64,000 bases of DNA, taken from positions 3,445-67,444 of the forward strand of contig CAMTON010000006.1 of assembly GCA_947074105.1 (NCBI GenBank). Direction: 5' to 3'. The stretch comes from an uncultured Bacteroidales bacterium (GTDB lineage: Bacteria > Bacteroidota > Bacteroidia > Bacteroidales > JAUNSR01). The notes beneath the pieces were generated by a model. That model worked only from the letters and a program-made list of their open reading frames with translations. It made no database searches and was not told where the DNA came from. This document shows positions 54,461-64,000 of this stretch, one piece after another. The first letter of the stretch is position 1. Each line of letters begins with the position of its first letter. The position numbers were made by a program, and so were the translations under genes.

Positions 54461-57400
54461 TTATCGTTCAAAAATCTTCTGAAAAACCTCATTCTCCGGA
54501 TTTTTAGAATAATTATTTATGAACTCTTTGGGAGTCATTGCAAAATAACTTTTAAAGTTATTTGTGAAATATGAGTTACTTGAAAAGCCCACTTTATAAG
54601 CGACTTCGGAGATTGTAATTTTATTGTTAACCAATAAATAAGCAGCCTGTTTCAATCTGACAACTTTTATAAGAGAACTAGGAGAAATTCCTATTATCTC
54701 TTTTAATTTTCTGTTTAGATGAACACGGCTAATTCCAACTTCACGACTAAGGTCCTCAACACTAAATACTGAATTTTCAATATTATCACTAATAACTTCT
54801 GTTACTCTCTTCAATAGTTTTTTGTCTACTGAATCTACTTTTATATGATCATAATCATAAGTTATATCATTGCGATTAATTTTATTTACAATATTCTCTC
54901 TTATCCTTAATGATTGAGCAATAGCACCTCTAAGCAGCGATAAATTTACAGGTTTTTCGAGAAATCTGTCAGCCTGACAATTCATTGCAAGTTCCTCGGA
55001 AGATTCATTGGTTTCGGATGTCAATACAATTACAGGGATATGATCACTATCCGGATTACTTTTAATTTTTTTGCAAAGATCATAACCATCCCCGTCCGGC
55101 ATTCTTAAATCTGTAACTACCACATCAAACTTATTTGTCAAAAGCTTTTTGTATGCGTTATTGCCGCTATTGGATGTCGTTATATTAAAATCAGGAAGTT
55201 CGTTTTTTATATATCTGCATAACTCTTCATCATCATCAACAAATAAAATAGAATATTTATTTTTCTTATCGTTATTATCTAAATCGTTAATATCAGAAGC
55301 ACATAGCGAACTTACATATTGAGTTTTTAGCACATCAAATAACTCAGAAGTTTCAATACTATCATTTATAGAAGTAGTAATTTTATCAGATAGTAATTCA
55401 TCTGGCGATAAAAATTCATTACCTAACGGAATATAAATAGAAAATTCCACTCCTCTATTTTCAACGTTTCTCACCTCTATTTTACCATGATGCAGCAACG
55501 TCAGTTGTTTTGCAAGATCGAGACCGATCCCGGAACCTGATTCATCTTTACTATTACCTTGAAAAAAGCGTTCAAAAATTGACTCTAACTCATTCTGAGG
55601 AATTAAAGAACCTTCATTAAAGATTCTTATTTCAACATACTCCTTTATTATATTATTATCAAAGAAACAGTTAGAATTATATTTTAGATTTATTTTTAAA
55701 TTAATTTGTCCTGCATCAGGAGTAAACTTAAAGGCATTAGAAAGCAGATTAAAAAATATTTTATCAAAATGAACCGGATCAGCCCATAAAAAAAGAGAAT
55801 TTAAATTTTCATTATCAAGTTTGAAATCAATATTCTTAATTTCTGCCACATTATTAAAATGCAACATAACATTTTTCAGAACCTCAATCACATCTATCTC
55901 TTTAAAATGAAGTTTCAACTGTCCATTATCAATTTTTCTTATATCCATTAATTGATTCGCCATTAGAAGGATTCTCATAGAATTTCTATACATCAATTCA
56001 TAAGTATTTTTTGAATTTTCATCATTTTCCCTTTCCATAAGTTTTTTCAAAGGGGAAATTATTAAAGTTAACGGAGTCCTTATTTCATGAGAAATGCTGG
56101 TAAAGAGTTTTAGCTTTGCCTCTTTAATTCTCTCAGTTTGACGTATCTCTCTCAGTTTGTTTTCCCGGATACGTTTTGATTGAAAATAAAGATGTGCAAA
56201 ATATGATAACAGCATGACAATTAACAGATAACACATTTTGGCTACAGTTGTCAGGTACCATGGATTATCGATATTTATTATTATACTTTTGAATGAATCG
56301 TCTTCTACTTTCTCATCAAAAAATGCCTTTACTGTAAAAGTGTATTTTCCGGGATCTACGTTGGTATAGTTTGCCCTTGGAGCAGTTGCATTCATATAAT
56401 ACCAGTCTTTATCATAACCATCTAGTTTATAAGCATATTTTACCTTCATCGGATTTGTATATTCTAAAGCCGAGAATTCAATGACAAAAGAATTATTATT
56501 AAAAGGAAGATTGATATTTTTAGCACACCATAAGGAAGCATCAATAATATTGTTTTTTGAATCTGAAGGAATATAATCTGTTTTATGATTTTGAACTACT
56601 AAACCGGTCAAATATACTGACCTATCCAATTGAGATCTTATATTAAAATTCTCACAATTTACTTTTAGAACTCCGTTATCACCTCCAAACAACAAAACAT
56701 TATTATTCAGAAGTCCTAATGAATTAGACCTGAAACTTCCAATTCTTTCAACTTCATAAGTTTTGTAATTATAAAATTTCCCTGTTTTTCGTTCAAACTT
56801 TGAAATACTTTCGGAGGTTGCAAACCATAAATTACTTTCAAATGAGAATAAAGATTGTATATTAGGAATATTATCCGAATCCTCCATTCTAAACTCTTTC
56901 ATTACATTATTAGCTTTATCAAAACACCAAAGACCCTCCGTTGTACCAAACCACATATATTCATTATCTTCCGTGAAAGAGTTTGTCATTTTATATCTAA
57001 TCTCTTCAATATTGAGATCTATGTGCTTCTCTTGCTCAATATTCATACAATACGTCGTTACGGCACTACTAATCCATAAGTTACCTTGCATATCAAGATA
57101 CAATGACTTTATCCAGCTATTATCGGTATTATTAAGTTTGTATAACTTACACTTATTAATATCATATATCCATACTCCGGAACCATTTGTGCCTGCATAT
57201 ATAAAATCTCTTTTTTTATCATATTCAATCGCCATTACACGATTATTAAGATTGTTTAGTTCTTTTTTCTTTGTCAGTTTATTATTTTCATAACAATAAA
57301 TTCCACTCCCATAAGTAGCAATCCACATTACACCTCTATTATCCCTCTTTATAGACATGATAGCATTACTTTCCAGTGATGAATTATTAATATTGAATCT

Positions 57401-58606
57401 TTTAATAAGAACATCACTACTCTTCTCGTACACAAAAACGCCACCACCATCAGATCCAACCCATAAGTTTCCATCTAAATCTTCTTGAAAAGTTGTATTA
57501 CACGAGAGATTTTTATCAGAACCTTTATCTGTGATTGCACAATATTCGAAATCATTATTCGCAACAGGAATAGTTAAGAGTCCTTTTTGAAATATTCCTA
57601 ACCATAAATTATTTTGATCATCATACATTATAGTTCTTATTTTGCTATAATTAAGTTCTATCGGACAATTCGGAATCTCCCAAATCTCGGCACTCTCATC
57701 ATTTAGGTTTATTCTCCATAATCCCATATTTTCGGTTCCTGCCAAAAGAATTGAATCCGACTGTTGACATAATGATGTACAGAATAATGATTTTAGTTCT
57801 TTATTATTAAATCGTCTCAATATATTTTTATCTGCTTCATATAAAAACATACCATTTAAACCTCCAAAAACAATGTTATTATTATCCAGGACCAAAATCT
57901 CCAAATTATTCAAATCAAGCAATTCCTCCGCATTAAGATTTTCCAAAATAACATCACGTTTCTCTGAATATTTTAAATCAATCTTTACTATACCGGCTGA
58001 ATTATTGCTTATCCACAAATTTCCGGTTTTATCAATAGTCATACAATCAATATACCCCCCTGCAAAAGCTAAAATTTTAGCAGCCCAATGTTCATCTTTA
58101 TTATTATCGGTTTTATTTATTCTGAAAGCGCCATAACCCGATGTTCCAATTAACAAATAATTTTTATCATAAGGATCTTCCAATATTTGTGATACTGAAA
58201 CCATTTCATTATGATCTTCCTTTTCTAGAAGAGGAATATGTTTAAATTTATTTTCTGTTCTGCTGAAATTATGCAGACCATCTTTTGTGCCTATCCAACA
58301 ATTGTTTTGTGAATCTTCAAAAAATTCTAAAACACTATTATTTCTCAAAGAATAGTCTGAATTAGAGTTACGTTTTAATGTTACAAAATTCTTACCGTCG
58401 AACCTGCTTAGCCCGTCAGTACTTGTTATCCAGATAAAGCCATAGTTATCCTGATATAAAGATTTAATATTTGATCCTGCCAGTCCGTCCTGCATAGTAT
58501 AAAGACGAGAGGATTGTGCATTGGAAATCGTTGTTAAAAGAAATAACCCGATTAAGACATAAAAAATAAATAAAACGTGTTTTCGTATTAGCATAACAAT
58601 AAGCAT
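54461..58606 (-). CDS. hybrid two-component system sensor histidine kinase/response regulator with AraC-type HTH (HTCS)
   Basis: 1381 aa. N-terminal beta-propeller repeats, Y_Y_Y-like region, TM, HisKA (SISHEIRTPLT), HATPase (GSGIGLDLAK), receiver (ILFVDDD...DLRMPDGDG), C-terminal AraC HTH. Confidence 0.92.
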   Translation of the reverse strand: MLIVMLIRKHVLFIFYVLIGLFLLTTISNAQSSRLYTMQDGLAGSNIKSLYQDNYGFIWITSTDGLSRFDGKNFVTLKRNSNSDYSLRNNSVLEFFEDSQNNCWIGTKDGLHNFSRTENKFKHIPLLEKEDHNEMVSVSQILEDPYDKNYLLIGTSGYGAFRINKTDNNKDEHWAAKILAFAGGYIDCMTIDKTGNLWISNNSAGIVKIDLKYSEKRDVILENLNAEELLDLNNLEILVLDNNNIVFGGLNGMFLYEADKNILRRFNNKELKSLFCTSLCQQSDSILLAGTENMGLWRINLNDESAEIWEIPNCPIELNYSKIRTIMYDDQNNLWLGIFQKGLLTIPVANNDFEYCAITDKGSDKNLSCNTTFQEDLDGNLWVGSDGGGVFVYEKSSDVLIKRFNINNSSLESNAIMSIKRDNRGVMWIATYGSGIYCYENNKLTKKKELNNLNNRVMAIEYDKKRDFIYAGTNGSGVWIYDINKCKLYKLNNTDNSWIKSLYLDMQGNLWISSAVTTYCMNIEQEKHIDLNIEEIRYKMTNSFTEDNEYMWFGTTEGLWCFDKANNVMKEFRMEDSDNIPNIQSLFSFESNLWFATSESISKFERKTGKFYNYKTYEVERIGSFRSNSLGLLNNNVLLFGGDNGVLKVNCENFNIRSQLDRSVYLTGLVVQNHKTDYIPSDSKNNIIDASLWCAKNINLPFNNNSFVIEFSALEYTNPMKVKYAYKLDGYDKDWYYMNATAPRANYTNVDPGKYTFTVKAFFDEKVEDDSFKSIIINIDNPWYLTTVAKMCYLLIVMLLSYFAHLYFQSKRIRENKLREIRQTERIKEAKLKLFTSISHEIRTPLTLIISPLKKLMERENDENSKNTYELMYRNSMRILLMANQLMDIRKIDNGQLKLHFKEIDVIEVLKNVMLHFNNVAEIKNIDFKLDNENLNSLFLWADPVHFDKIFFNLLSNAFKFTPDAGQINLKINLKYNSNCFFDNNIIKEYVEIRIFNEGSLIPQNELESIFERFFQGNSKDESGSGIGLDLAKQLTLLHHGKIEVRNVENRGVEFSIYIPLGNEFLSPDELLSDKITTSINDSIETSELFDVLKTQYVSSLCASDINDLDNNDKKNKYSILFVDDDEELCRYIKNELPDFNITTSNSGNNAYKKLLTNKFDVVVTDLRMPDGDGYDLCKKIKSNPDSDHIPVIVLTSETNESSEELAMNCQADRFLEKPVNLSLLRGAIAQSLRIRENIVNKINRNDITYDYDHIKVDSVDKKLLKRVTEVISDNIENSVFSVEDLSREVGISRVHLNRKLKEIIGISPSSLIKVVRLKQAAYLLVNNKITISEVAYKVGFSSNSYFTNNFKSYFAMTPKEFINNYSKNPENEVFQKIFER

Positions 58607-58650
58607 TTATCCGATATCTATAAGCCCTTCATGATATAAAGACAATTGAA

Positions 58651-58739
58651 ATGTATCAAAATTTTAATTATTACAAATATATATGTATCAAAATTATAAA
58701 TTGTCAAATTTGAAACATGCAATAGTAATTTTGATACAT
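58651..58739. repeat. 13-mer ATGTATCAAAATT present twice direct and once inverted upstream of the HTCS gene
   Basis: Direct copies at 58651-58663 and 58683-58695. Inverted copy AATTTTGATACAT at 58727-58739. Confidence 0.4.
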
Positions 58740-58794
58740 ATTCATAATAGATGCGCCTTTTAATAGGATGTCTTATAATATTACAATAATAAAA

Positions 58795-58833
58795 TAAAAA
58801 AGCGTGACCTCAGATGAAAGAGGTACACGCTTT
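58795..58833 (-). terminator. rho-independent terminator
   Basis: AGCGTGACCTC / GAGGTACACGCT imperfect stem. On the minus strand it is followed by TTTTTT. Lies 29 nt past the stop at 58862. Confidence 0.6.
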
Positions 58834-58861
58834 GAATATTGAATAAAAATTATTACTGATC

Positions 58862-60187
58862 TTATCTTAGAATCATTACTTTTTCATTTCCGATTATATA
58901 TGTTCCTTTAGGAAGTTGTTGAATTGCTTCATTTCTTAAAACATTTCTCATTATACAAAAGCCGTAAATATTATATAAATCAATCTTTTTATTTGATAAA
59001 AAATCTATTTCTTGAATATCATTAGTTTTTTCATATTCTTCGGAATTTGTAAGATAAATATCAGATAGCTTAATATTAGTGTCTCCATGCGACCAAAATC
59101 CAACAATATAAATATGTGACGGATCTAATTTTATATTATCAGATTTAAATGAATTATGTAAATCAACAATTATGTGATCCTTATTATTCATATCGAATAA
59201 TGCAGGGCTAGACCAATAATTATACTCATCAAAAATTCTAAAAGACAATATTGACTTATTTAATTCCGAAAATTTCACAACTAAATATTTATAATTTGAA
59301 ATATCCTTTCCTTTGTTATACTTCCAGCCACCGAATCCGTATTTTCCTGTTATTAATGTTTTGGAATCTTCGTCAAAAGAACCGGTTTCCCATATAGAAG
59401 GATTAAAAAGTTCTGTAGTTAAAGGAAAAGTCGTGGAATTAACAATAAATTGTTTGGATATTTTTTCACCCATAGCATCTTTAGAACTTACAGACAACAC
59501 TGTTTCTCCATCTTTTAATGCCATCATACGTCCATTTTTAATTGAAATAATATCATCATTCTCAATTTTGTATTCAGCAGAAAGAGTAACATCTTCTGAA
59601 TGACTATCAAAATAGATAGCTTTAACATTTATGGTAGAAGAACTACCTGTAAGCATAGTTATTCTTTCCCATCTTTCATATCTCCTATTTCGATTTTTAT
59701 TGTTGCATAAGAGTTATTCTTATCTGAAGGAAATCCGAGAATTCTCTGTGCCAAAGTATTTTTTGCTGAATACAATGATTCTGTTACTGATGCTGTATAT
59801 AAACGTAAAAAGCCTGGATTTTCTATAAGCGACCATTTTGAATCTACCGGATTATGATTCCATCCCCATTGCAGCCCAGGATTATAATGACAAAAATTAT
59901 CATATCCTTCACCACTTCCAAACCATCCGGGATAAATATGAACTGCATAACCTATATTATCACCCTCAATAGGATTAATTGCATATCCCGAATATATAGA
60001 TTGATAAGCTAATGACATTATAATTTGTCCAATACTTGCCTCGTTCATTAAACCAGGGACTATAAGTTTGTGCAAAACCATGTAATTTCACTACATTATC
60101 ATGAGAATCGACTAATTGATTCCCTTTTACTTTTAATTGAGTCAATGCCATTAAACTGCCGGATTTAAAATCAATAAACTCAGGCAA
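58862..60187 (-). pseudogene. decayed mosaic glycoside hydrolase gene (GH5-like fragments + GH43 C-terminal-sandwich fragment + Big_2 + CBM-like + T9SS CTD)
   Basis: Three ORFs in different frames. 59975-60187: LKVKGNQLVDSHDNVVKLHGF, GH5-like N-terminus without signal peptide. 59659-60081: YAVHIYPGW then NPGLQWGWNHNPVDSKWSLIENPGFLRLYT. 58862-59656: Big_2-like, CBM-like, CTD. Large parts of every catalytic domain are missing. Confidence 0.55.
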
Positions 60188-60229
60188 GTTAATGTTATAA
60201 GAAATAATTTTTTCGTCATAAAATCAGTA

Positions 60230-61606
60230 TTAATTATAAAATTGCCAATAATCAAAATTGAACAATTTACATCCTTTTCTTCCTTTAAATACAAAATACA
60301 GATCATGGCATCCTGTTATTTTTTTATCTAATCTAGCAGAGATAGTTTGCCAATTTTCCCAACCGCCTGTTCCTGGCACATTTATTTCAGTCAACAATTC
60401 TCCATTAATACTATCTGCGCGCACTTCAATCAATCCACCTCTTAATGCACTTGCTACACTTACATCTATTTTTTTAGGAGACTTTTTTGTAAAATCAACT
60501 TCTCTAACCATAATAAATTCATCATTGTGAATATCAGAAATATATATTCCCGTTTTTTGATTAGGTTCTGATTTAACACCTTTCGAAAAAGCAATAGTTT
60601 CAGCCTCTACTCTTTTATAAGGATCTAATTTTCCCACCGGTGAGACACCTTTATCTGTTGCATTAATAATAGGAAAAGTATTATCATCATTATAAGTAAA
60701 CTCTTCTACTGCTACACTTCTTCCGAAACCTCCGCCTTCGGGAAGTTTACCGGTATGATAAAAGAAATAAGAGTTTCCTTTATAATCAATCAGTCCGCAA
60801 TGATTTGTAAAAGAGCCTGTATTTTGAAGCGGCATAATCTCACCTTCATATTTCCATGGTCCGACAGGTGTATCACTTGAAGAATAAGCTATATGTTCAG
60901 GCACGCCACCTGCAGCATATAACAAAAAATACTTATTGTTCCTTTTATGTAACCATGGACCTTCGGTATAACAATCTTTATATTTTACACCTTCTTTTCT
61001 TAATTTAATATTAGGACCGCCAAAACTCTCTTCACACTGCGGAATAATTTCTATTTCACTTTTCAACGATATCATATCATCATTTAATAAAGCATAATAA
61101 ACTTCAGGATTACCCCAATAAATATAACCCTGACCATCGTCATCAATCATTACGGAAGGATCAATATAATCCCAGCTCCCGTCTGCAAGCGGTTTTCCTA
61201 TAGCATCAACAAACGGGCCGGTAGGACTATCACTTACCGCTACACCTATAGCCATAGCATTTGTTATTTTTGAATGAGCACAGATATACCAATAGAATTT
61301 ACCCTTATGTTCCACACACTGTCCGGCCCAGGCTCTGTCATCAGCCCAGTCAAAACTCTCCAAAGCCAGAGGAGAACCATGATCGGTCCAGTTAACCATA
61401 TCTTCAGAAGAGTATACCCTCCATTCCTGCATCCAGAAGAAATCAGCTTTATCTTCATCATGACCTGTATAGAGATAAACTTTTCCGTCATGAACAAGTG
61501 GTGCCGGATCTGTAGTAAAGCATGTCTGAACAATTGGATTTTGTGCTCCTAAACTAGTAGAAATCGCACATACAAATGTTGATAATAAGAATTGTGTAAC
61601 TTTCAT
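60230..61606 (-). CDS. glycoside hydrolase family 43 enzyme with C-terminal CBM6
   Basis: Signal peptide. NPIVQTCFTTDPAPLVHDGKVYLYTGHDED GH43 start. C-terminal RVEAE...GGWENWQTISARL...FNFDYWQF CBM6-like. Confidence 0.85.
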   Translation of the reverse strand: MKVTQFLLSTFVCAISTSLGAQNPIVQTCFTTDPAPLVHDGKVYLYTGHDEDKADFFWMQEWRVYSSEDMVNWTDHGSPLALESFDWADDRAWAGQCVEHKGKFYWYICAHSKITNAMAIGVAVSDSPTGPFVDAIGKPLADGSWDYIDPSVMIDDDGQGYIYWGNPEVYYALLNDDMISLKSEIEIIPQCEESFGGPNIKLRKEGVKYKDCYTEGPWLHKRNNKYFLLYAAGGVPEHIAYSSSDTPVGPWKYEGEIMPLQNTGSFTNHCGLIDYKGNSYFFYHTGKLPEGGGFGRSVAVEEFTYNDDNTFPIINATDKGVSPVGKLDPYKRVEAETIAFSKGVKSEPNQKTGIYISDIHNDEFIMVREVDFTKKSPKKIDVSVASALRGGLIEVRADSINGELLTEINVPGTGGWENWQTISARLDKKITGCHDLYFVFKGRKGCKLFNFDYWQFYN

Positions 61607-61638
61607 GATATATTAATTATGTAGATTTACATATTTGT

Positions 61639-64000
61639 TTATTTCGATTCTCTTCTGTTAGGAGATTCATTCATATATAAATAAGAATCTTTAAATCCGC
61701 CAAGATCTATAACAATCTTTTGAAATACAATACCCGGATCAAGAGGTTGCAGATTTAAAATATAATTACCATCATTTTGTTTCGGCAACTTCAGTCGCAC
61801 TTTTTTTTCTACAACCCTTCGGGCTACAGTAGGATAGAAAATACTATATATATTCTCAGGGTCCTCATTAAGATTATGATTAAAATTCACGACTTTATTT
61901 TCCGCTCCCTCAAAACCGACTCTATATTCATGCCCCTTTAAATTATGAAAAGCAAGAGTAGATTTTACAATGACATAAACATCAACTTCATTTATATCGT
62001 TAGGAATTGATATTTTATAACTTAAAGCAGCATCTTTTATTTCAGAAGAATAAGGCATTAAAGCCACACCGCTTAATGTTCGTCCTTGATAAGGTATTAC
62101 AGTCCATTTTGCAGACCCTGAGCTCTCTGCATTATAATAATGTTCTGCCTCAATAGCAACAACATTATTATCGGCAACAAAACAAAATCCGCCCAAATTT
62201 TTATCTGCTTCATCAAATCTGAAAGTCTTTGGTAAAATATTCTCTTTAAAATTATCGTTCCATGAAGTATAACCGATATGTTTCTGAATCATCATGTTTT
62301 TCCATTTCCCTCCAGACATCACATTATTATAATCAAAACACAATTCCTTATCCCTATTAAATGTTTTCTCTACTAAATCAGCCCACTCATTAGCCTGAGG
62401 ATTATTCTCGTTATAAAGTTTATGATTCATAGCCTGAGCATAATACATCTCATAAAGATTAGCCATAGCCTGTATAGGAAATAATATCAATTGCTTATAA
62501 GCATCTTTATATAGCGGGTTTAATGCTATAAATTGTCTGAGAGCTTCAGCCTCTAACTTTATAAATTCATCGGTAACCTGTTTCCACTCACCTGTATTAA
62601 TATTATAAGTATTCTTGTCAAGCATCTCTGCTGTAACTCTTCCCGCATACTTACAATATAGATTTAAGATTCGCTTTGCTTCTTCAGCATTATCCTGTCC
62701 GAATTGCTGAGCACAAAATAAACTTGTATGATTCAGTAACGTTGATGCTGTATATTTTGTAGGATTCCAAGCCATATCCAAAAACAAAGAGATTGGATAT
62801 TCCATCGGTTTCAGGTCACCTACATTAAGAACCCAAAGTTTATCCACACCATAATCATAAGTCAGCTGCAACTGCTCCCACATATTTTGAATAGGAGTTA
62901 CATTTAGCCATTTTGAATTTCTTGGAGCACCCACATAATCCACATGATAATACATACCCCAACCACCGGGATGTTTTCGCTCTTTTTCATTAGGTAGACG
63001 TCTTACATTCCCCCAGTTATCATCACAAAGCAACATTATAACATCATCCGGCACACGTAAACCCTTATCATAATAATCAAGAACCTCTTTATAAAGAGCC
63101 CATACCTGAGGCGTTTTATTAGCAGCTTTGCCTGTATATTTTTCTATTATCTTACGCTGATTCTTAATCACTTTCTCCAACAACTTGACATCAGCCTCCT
63201 CACTCATTGCCTCGTCACCGTCTCCCCTCATCCCTATGGTTATTACATCCTCGGTATCTTTCACCCTTTTTATACCATCAATAAAAAAGCTGTCAATTGT
63301 TTTTTGATTAGAAGCATAATTCCATTTACCGTATTCATTTCTATTTCTTGCCCATTCTTGATGATTGCGTGCCATCGGTTCATGATGAGAGGTACTAATA
63401 ACTATCCCCATATCATTTGCAAGCTTACTATTTAACGGATCGTCGCCATAAAAAGCCCAGCCCCACATTGCCGGCCATAAAAAATTACCACGCAATCTTA
63501 ATATAAGTTCGAAAACCCTGCCATAAAATCTATGATCTCCATAATCGGTATCATAAGTATGCATAACCCATCCGGTTAGACAAGGAGCCTCATCGTTAAG
63601 AAAAATCCCTCTATATTTTACGGCAGGTTCGCCGGCTGTATAAATACCCTTTTTTATTGCCAGATTATCTCTTTTTTCAATAGGAACATCAGCCCAATCA
63701 TACCATGGTGAAACACCTATCTGTTCTGATAATTCATAGACTCCGTAGATTGTTCCTCTCTTATCACTTCCGGCAATTACTAAAGCCTCATCTACTCCAT
63801 CGAATGGATTCTCCACAACAGAAAGAATATATTTCTCATTCTTATTTTTAAGCAGATTATGATCTATCTTCTTTGATTTTATAAGAGCTTTGATATATTT
63901 ACTATTTACACTACCTATAATAATTAATTTCCCCGAAGCAGGATTATTAATTAACATCGGCTTATTTCCGCACACCGAATTGAAATCATTTCGGAGATTT
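61639..64000 (-). CDS. glycoside hydrolase family 115 (xylan alpha-glucuronidase), 5' end beyond window
   Basis: YRGIFLNDEAPCLTGW, FLWPAMW, and TSHHEPM blocks. The frame is open through base 64000, so the N-terminus is outside the window. Confidence 0.8.
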   Translation of the reverse strand, partial: NLRNDFNSVCGNKPMLINNPASGKLIIIGSVNSKYIKALIKSKKIDHNLLKNKNEKYILSVVENPFDGVDEALVIAGSDKRGTIYGVYELSEQIGVSPWYDWADVPIEKRDNLAIKKGIYTAGEPAVKYRGIFLNDEAPCLTGWVMHTYDTDYGDHRFYGRVFELILRLRGNFLWPAMWGWAFYGDDPLNSKLANDMGIVISTSHHEPMARNHQEWARNRNEYGKWNYASNQKTIDSFFIDGIKRVKDTEDVITIGMRGDGDEAMSEEADVKLLEKVIKNQRKIIEKYTGKAANKTPQVWALYKEVLDYYDKGLRVPDDVIMLLCDDNWGNVRRLPNEKERKHPGGWGMYYHVDYVGAPRNSKWLNVTPIQNMWEQLQLTYDYGVDKLWVLNVGDLKPMEYPISLFLDMAWNPTKYTASTLLNHTSLFCAQQFGQDNAEEAKRILNLYCKYAGRVTAEMLDKNTYNINTGEWKQVTDEFIKLEAEALRQFIALNPLYKDAYKQLILFPIQAMANLYEMYYAQAMNHKLYNENNPQANEWADLVEKTFNRDKELCFDYNNVMSGGKWKNMMIQKHIGYTSWNDNFKENILPKTFRFDEADKNLGGFCFVADNNVVAIEAEHYYNAESSGSAKWTVIPYQGRTLSGVALMPYSSEIKDAALSYKISIPNDINEVDVYVIVKSTLAFHNLKGHEYRVGFEGAENKVVNFNHNLNEDPENIYSIFYPTVARRVVEKKVRLKLPKQNDGNYILNLQPLDPGIVFQKIVIDLGGFKDSYLYMNESPNRRESK

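Noticed and set aside
59659-60187. Two ORFs (70 aa and 140 aa) as independent small genes
   Set aside because: They overlap in different frames and encode non-contiguous fragments of glycoside hydrolase domains. They are treated as parts of one pseudogene region.
1-64000. CRISPR arrays, rRNA and tRNA genes, intact mobile elements, integrases, toxin-antitoxin or known defence systems
   Set aside because: No tandem repeat-spacer structure, tRNA-like T-loop/anticodon architecture, rRNA-like conserved block or recombinase/nuclease/helicase gene was seen. The only repeats are 2-3-copy regulatory-sized motifs.

Overview
AT-rich Bacteroidota (Bacteroidales-like) chromosomal segment. This inference rests on TonB-dependent receptors, a hybrid two-component regulator, TAnnTTTG -7 promoter boxes and at least five proteins ending in T9SS C-terminal sorting domains. 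All family calls were made by eye from motifs; no searches were run. The window holds about 50 genes and no rRNA, tRNA or CRISPR. Recognisable modules: (1) nrfHA-ccsBA nitrite ammonification, with a Crp/Fnr regulator whose predicted palindromic operator sits at identical spacing in two promoters; (2) an arginine/citrulline to ornithine to glutamate-semialdehyde operon; (3) a xylan-type glycoside hydrolase cluster (GH30, GH43-CBM6, GH115, HTCS regulator) containing a decayed mosaic hydrolase gene; (4) efflux and regulator pairs (2 MATE, 2 MFS, 2 AraC, 2 Crp/Fnr). The most unusual content is a tight six-gene minus-strand operon (3722-9886): TonB-dependent receptor, SAM methyltransferase, periplasmic class-III binding protein, signal-less SBP-like protein, Cys-rich G3E GTPase, and an ABC ATPase with no permease. 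It is preceded by a GC-rich structured leader. A diverged partial copy lies at 32317-37311. It does not match the uptake systems I recall (hmu, btu, iht). I propose it as a candidate tetrapyrrole or metal-chelate uptake-and-processing system.
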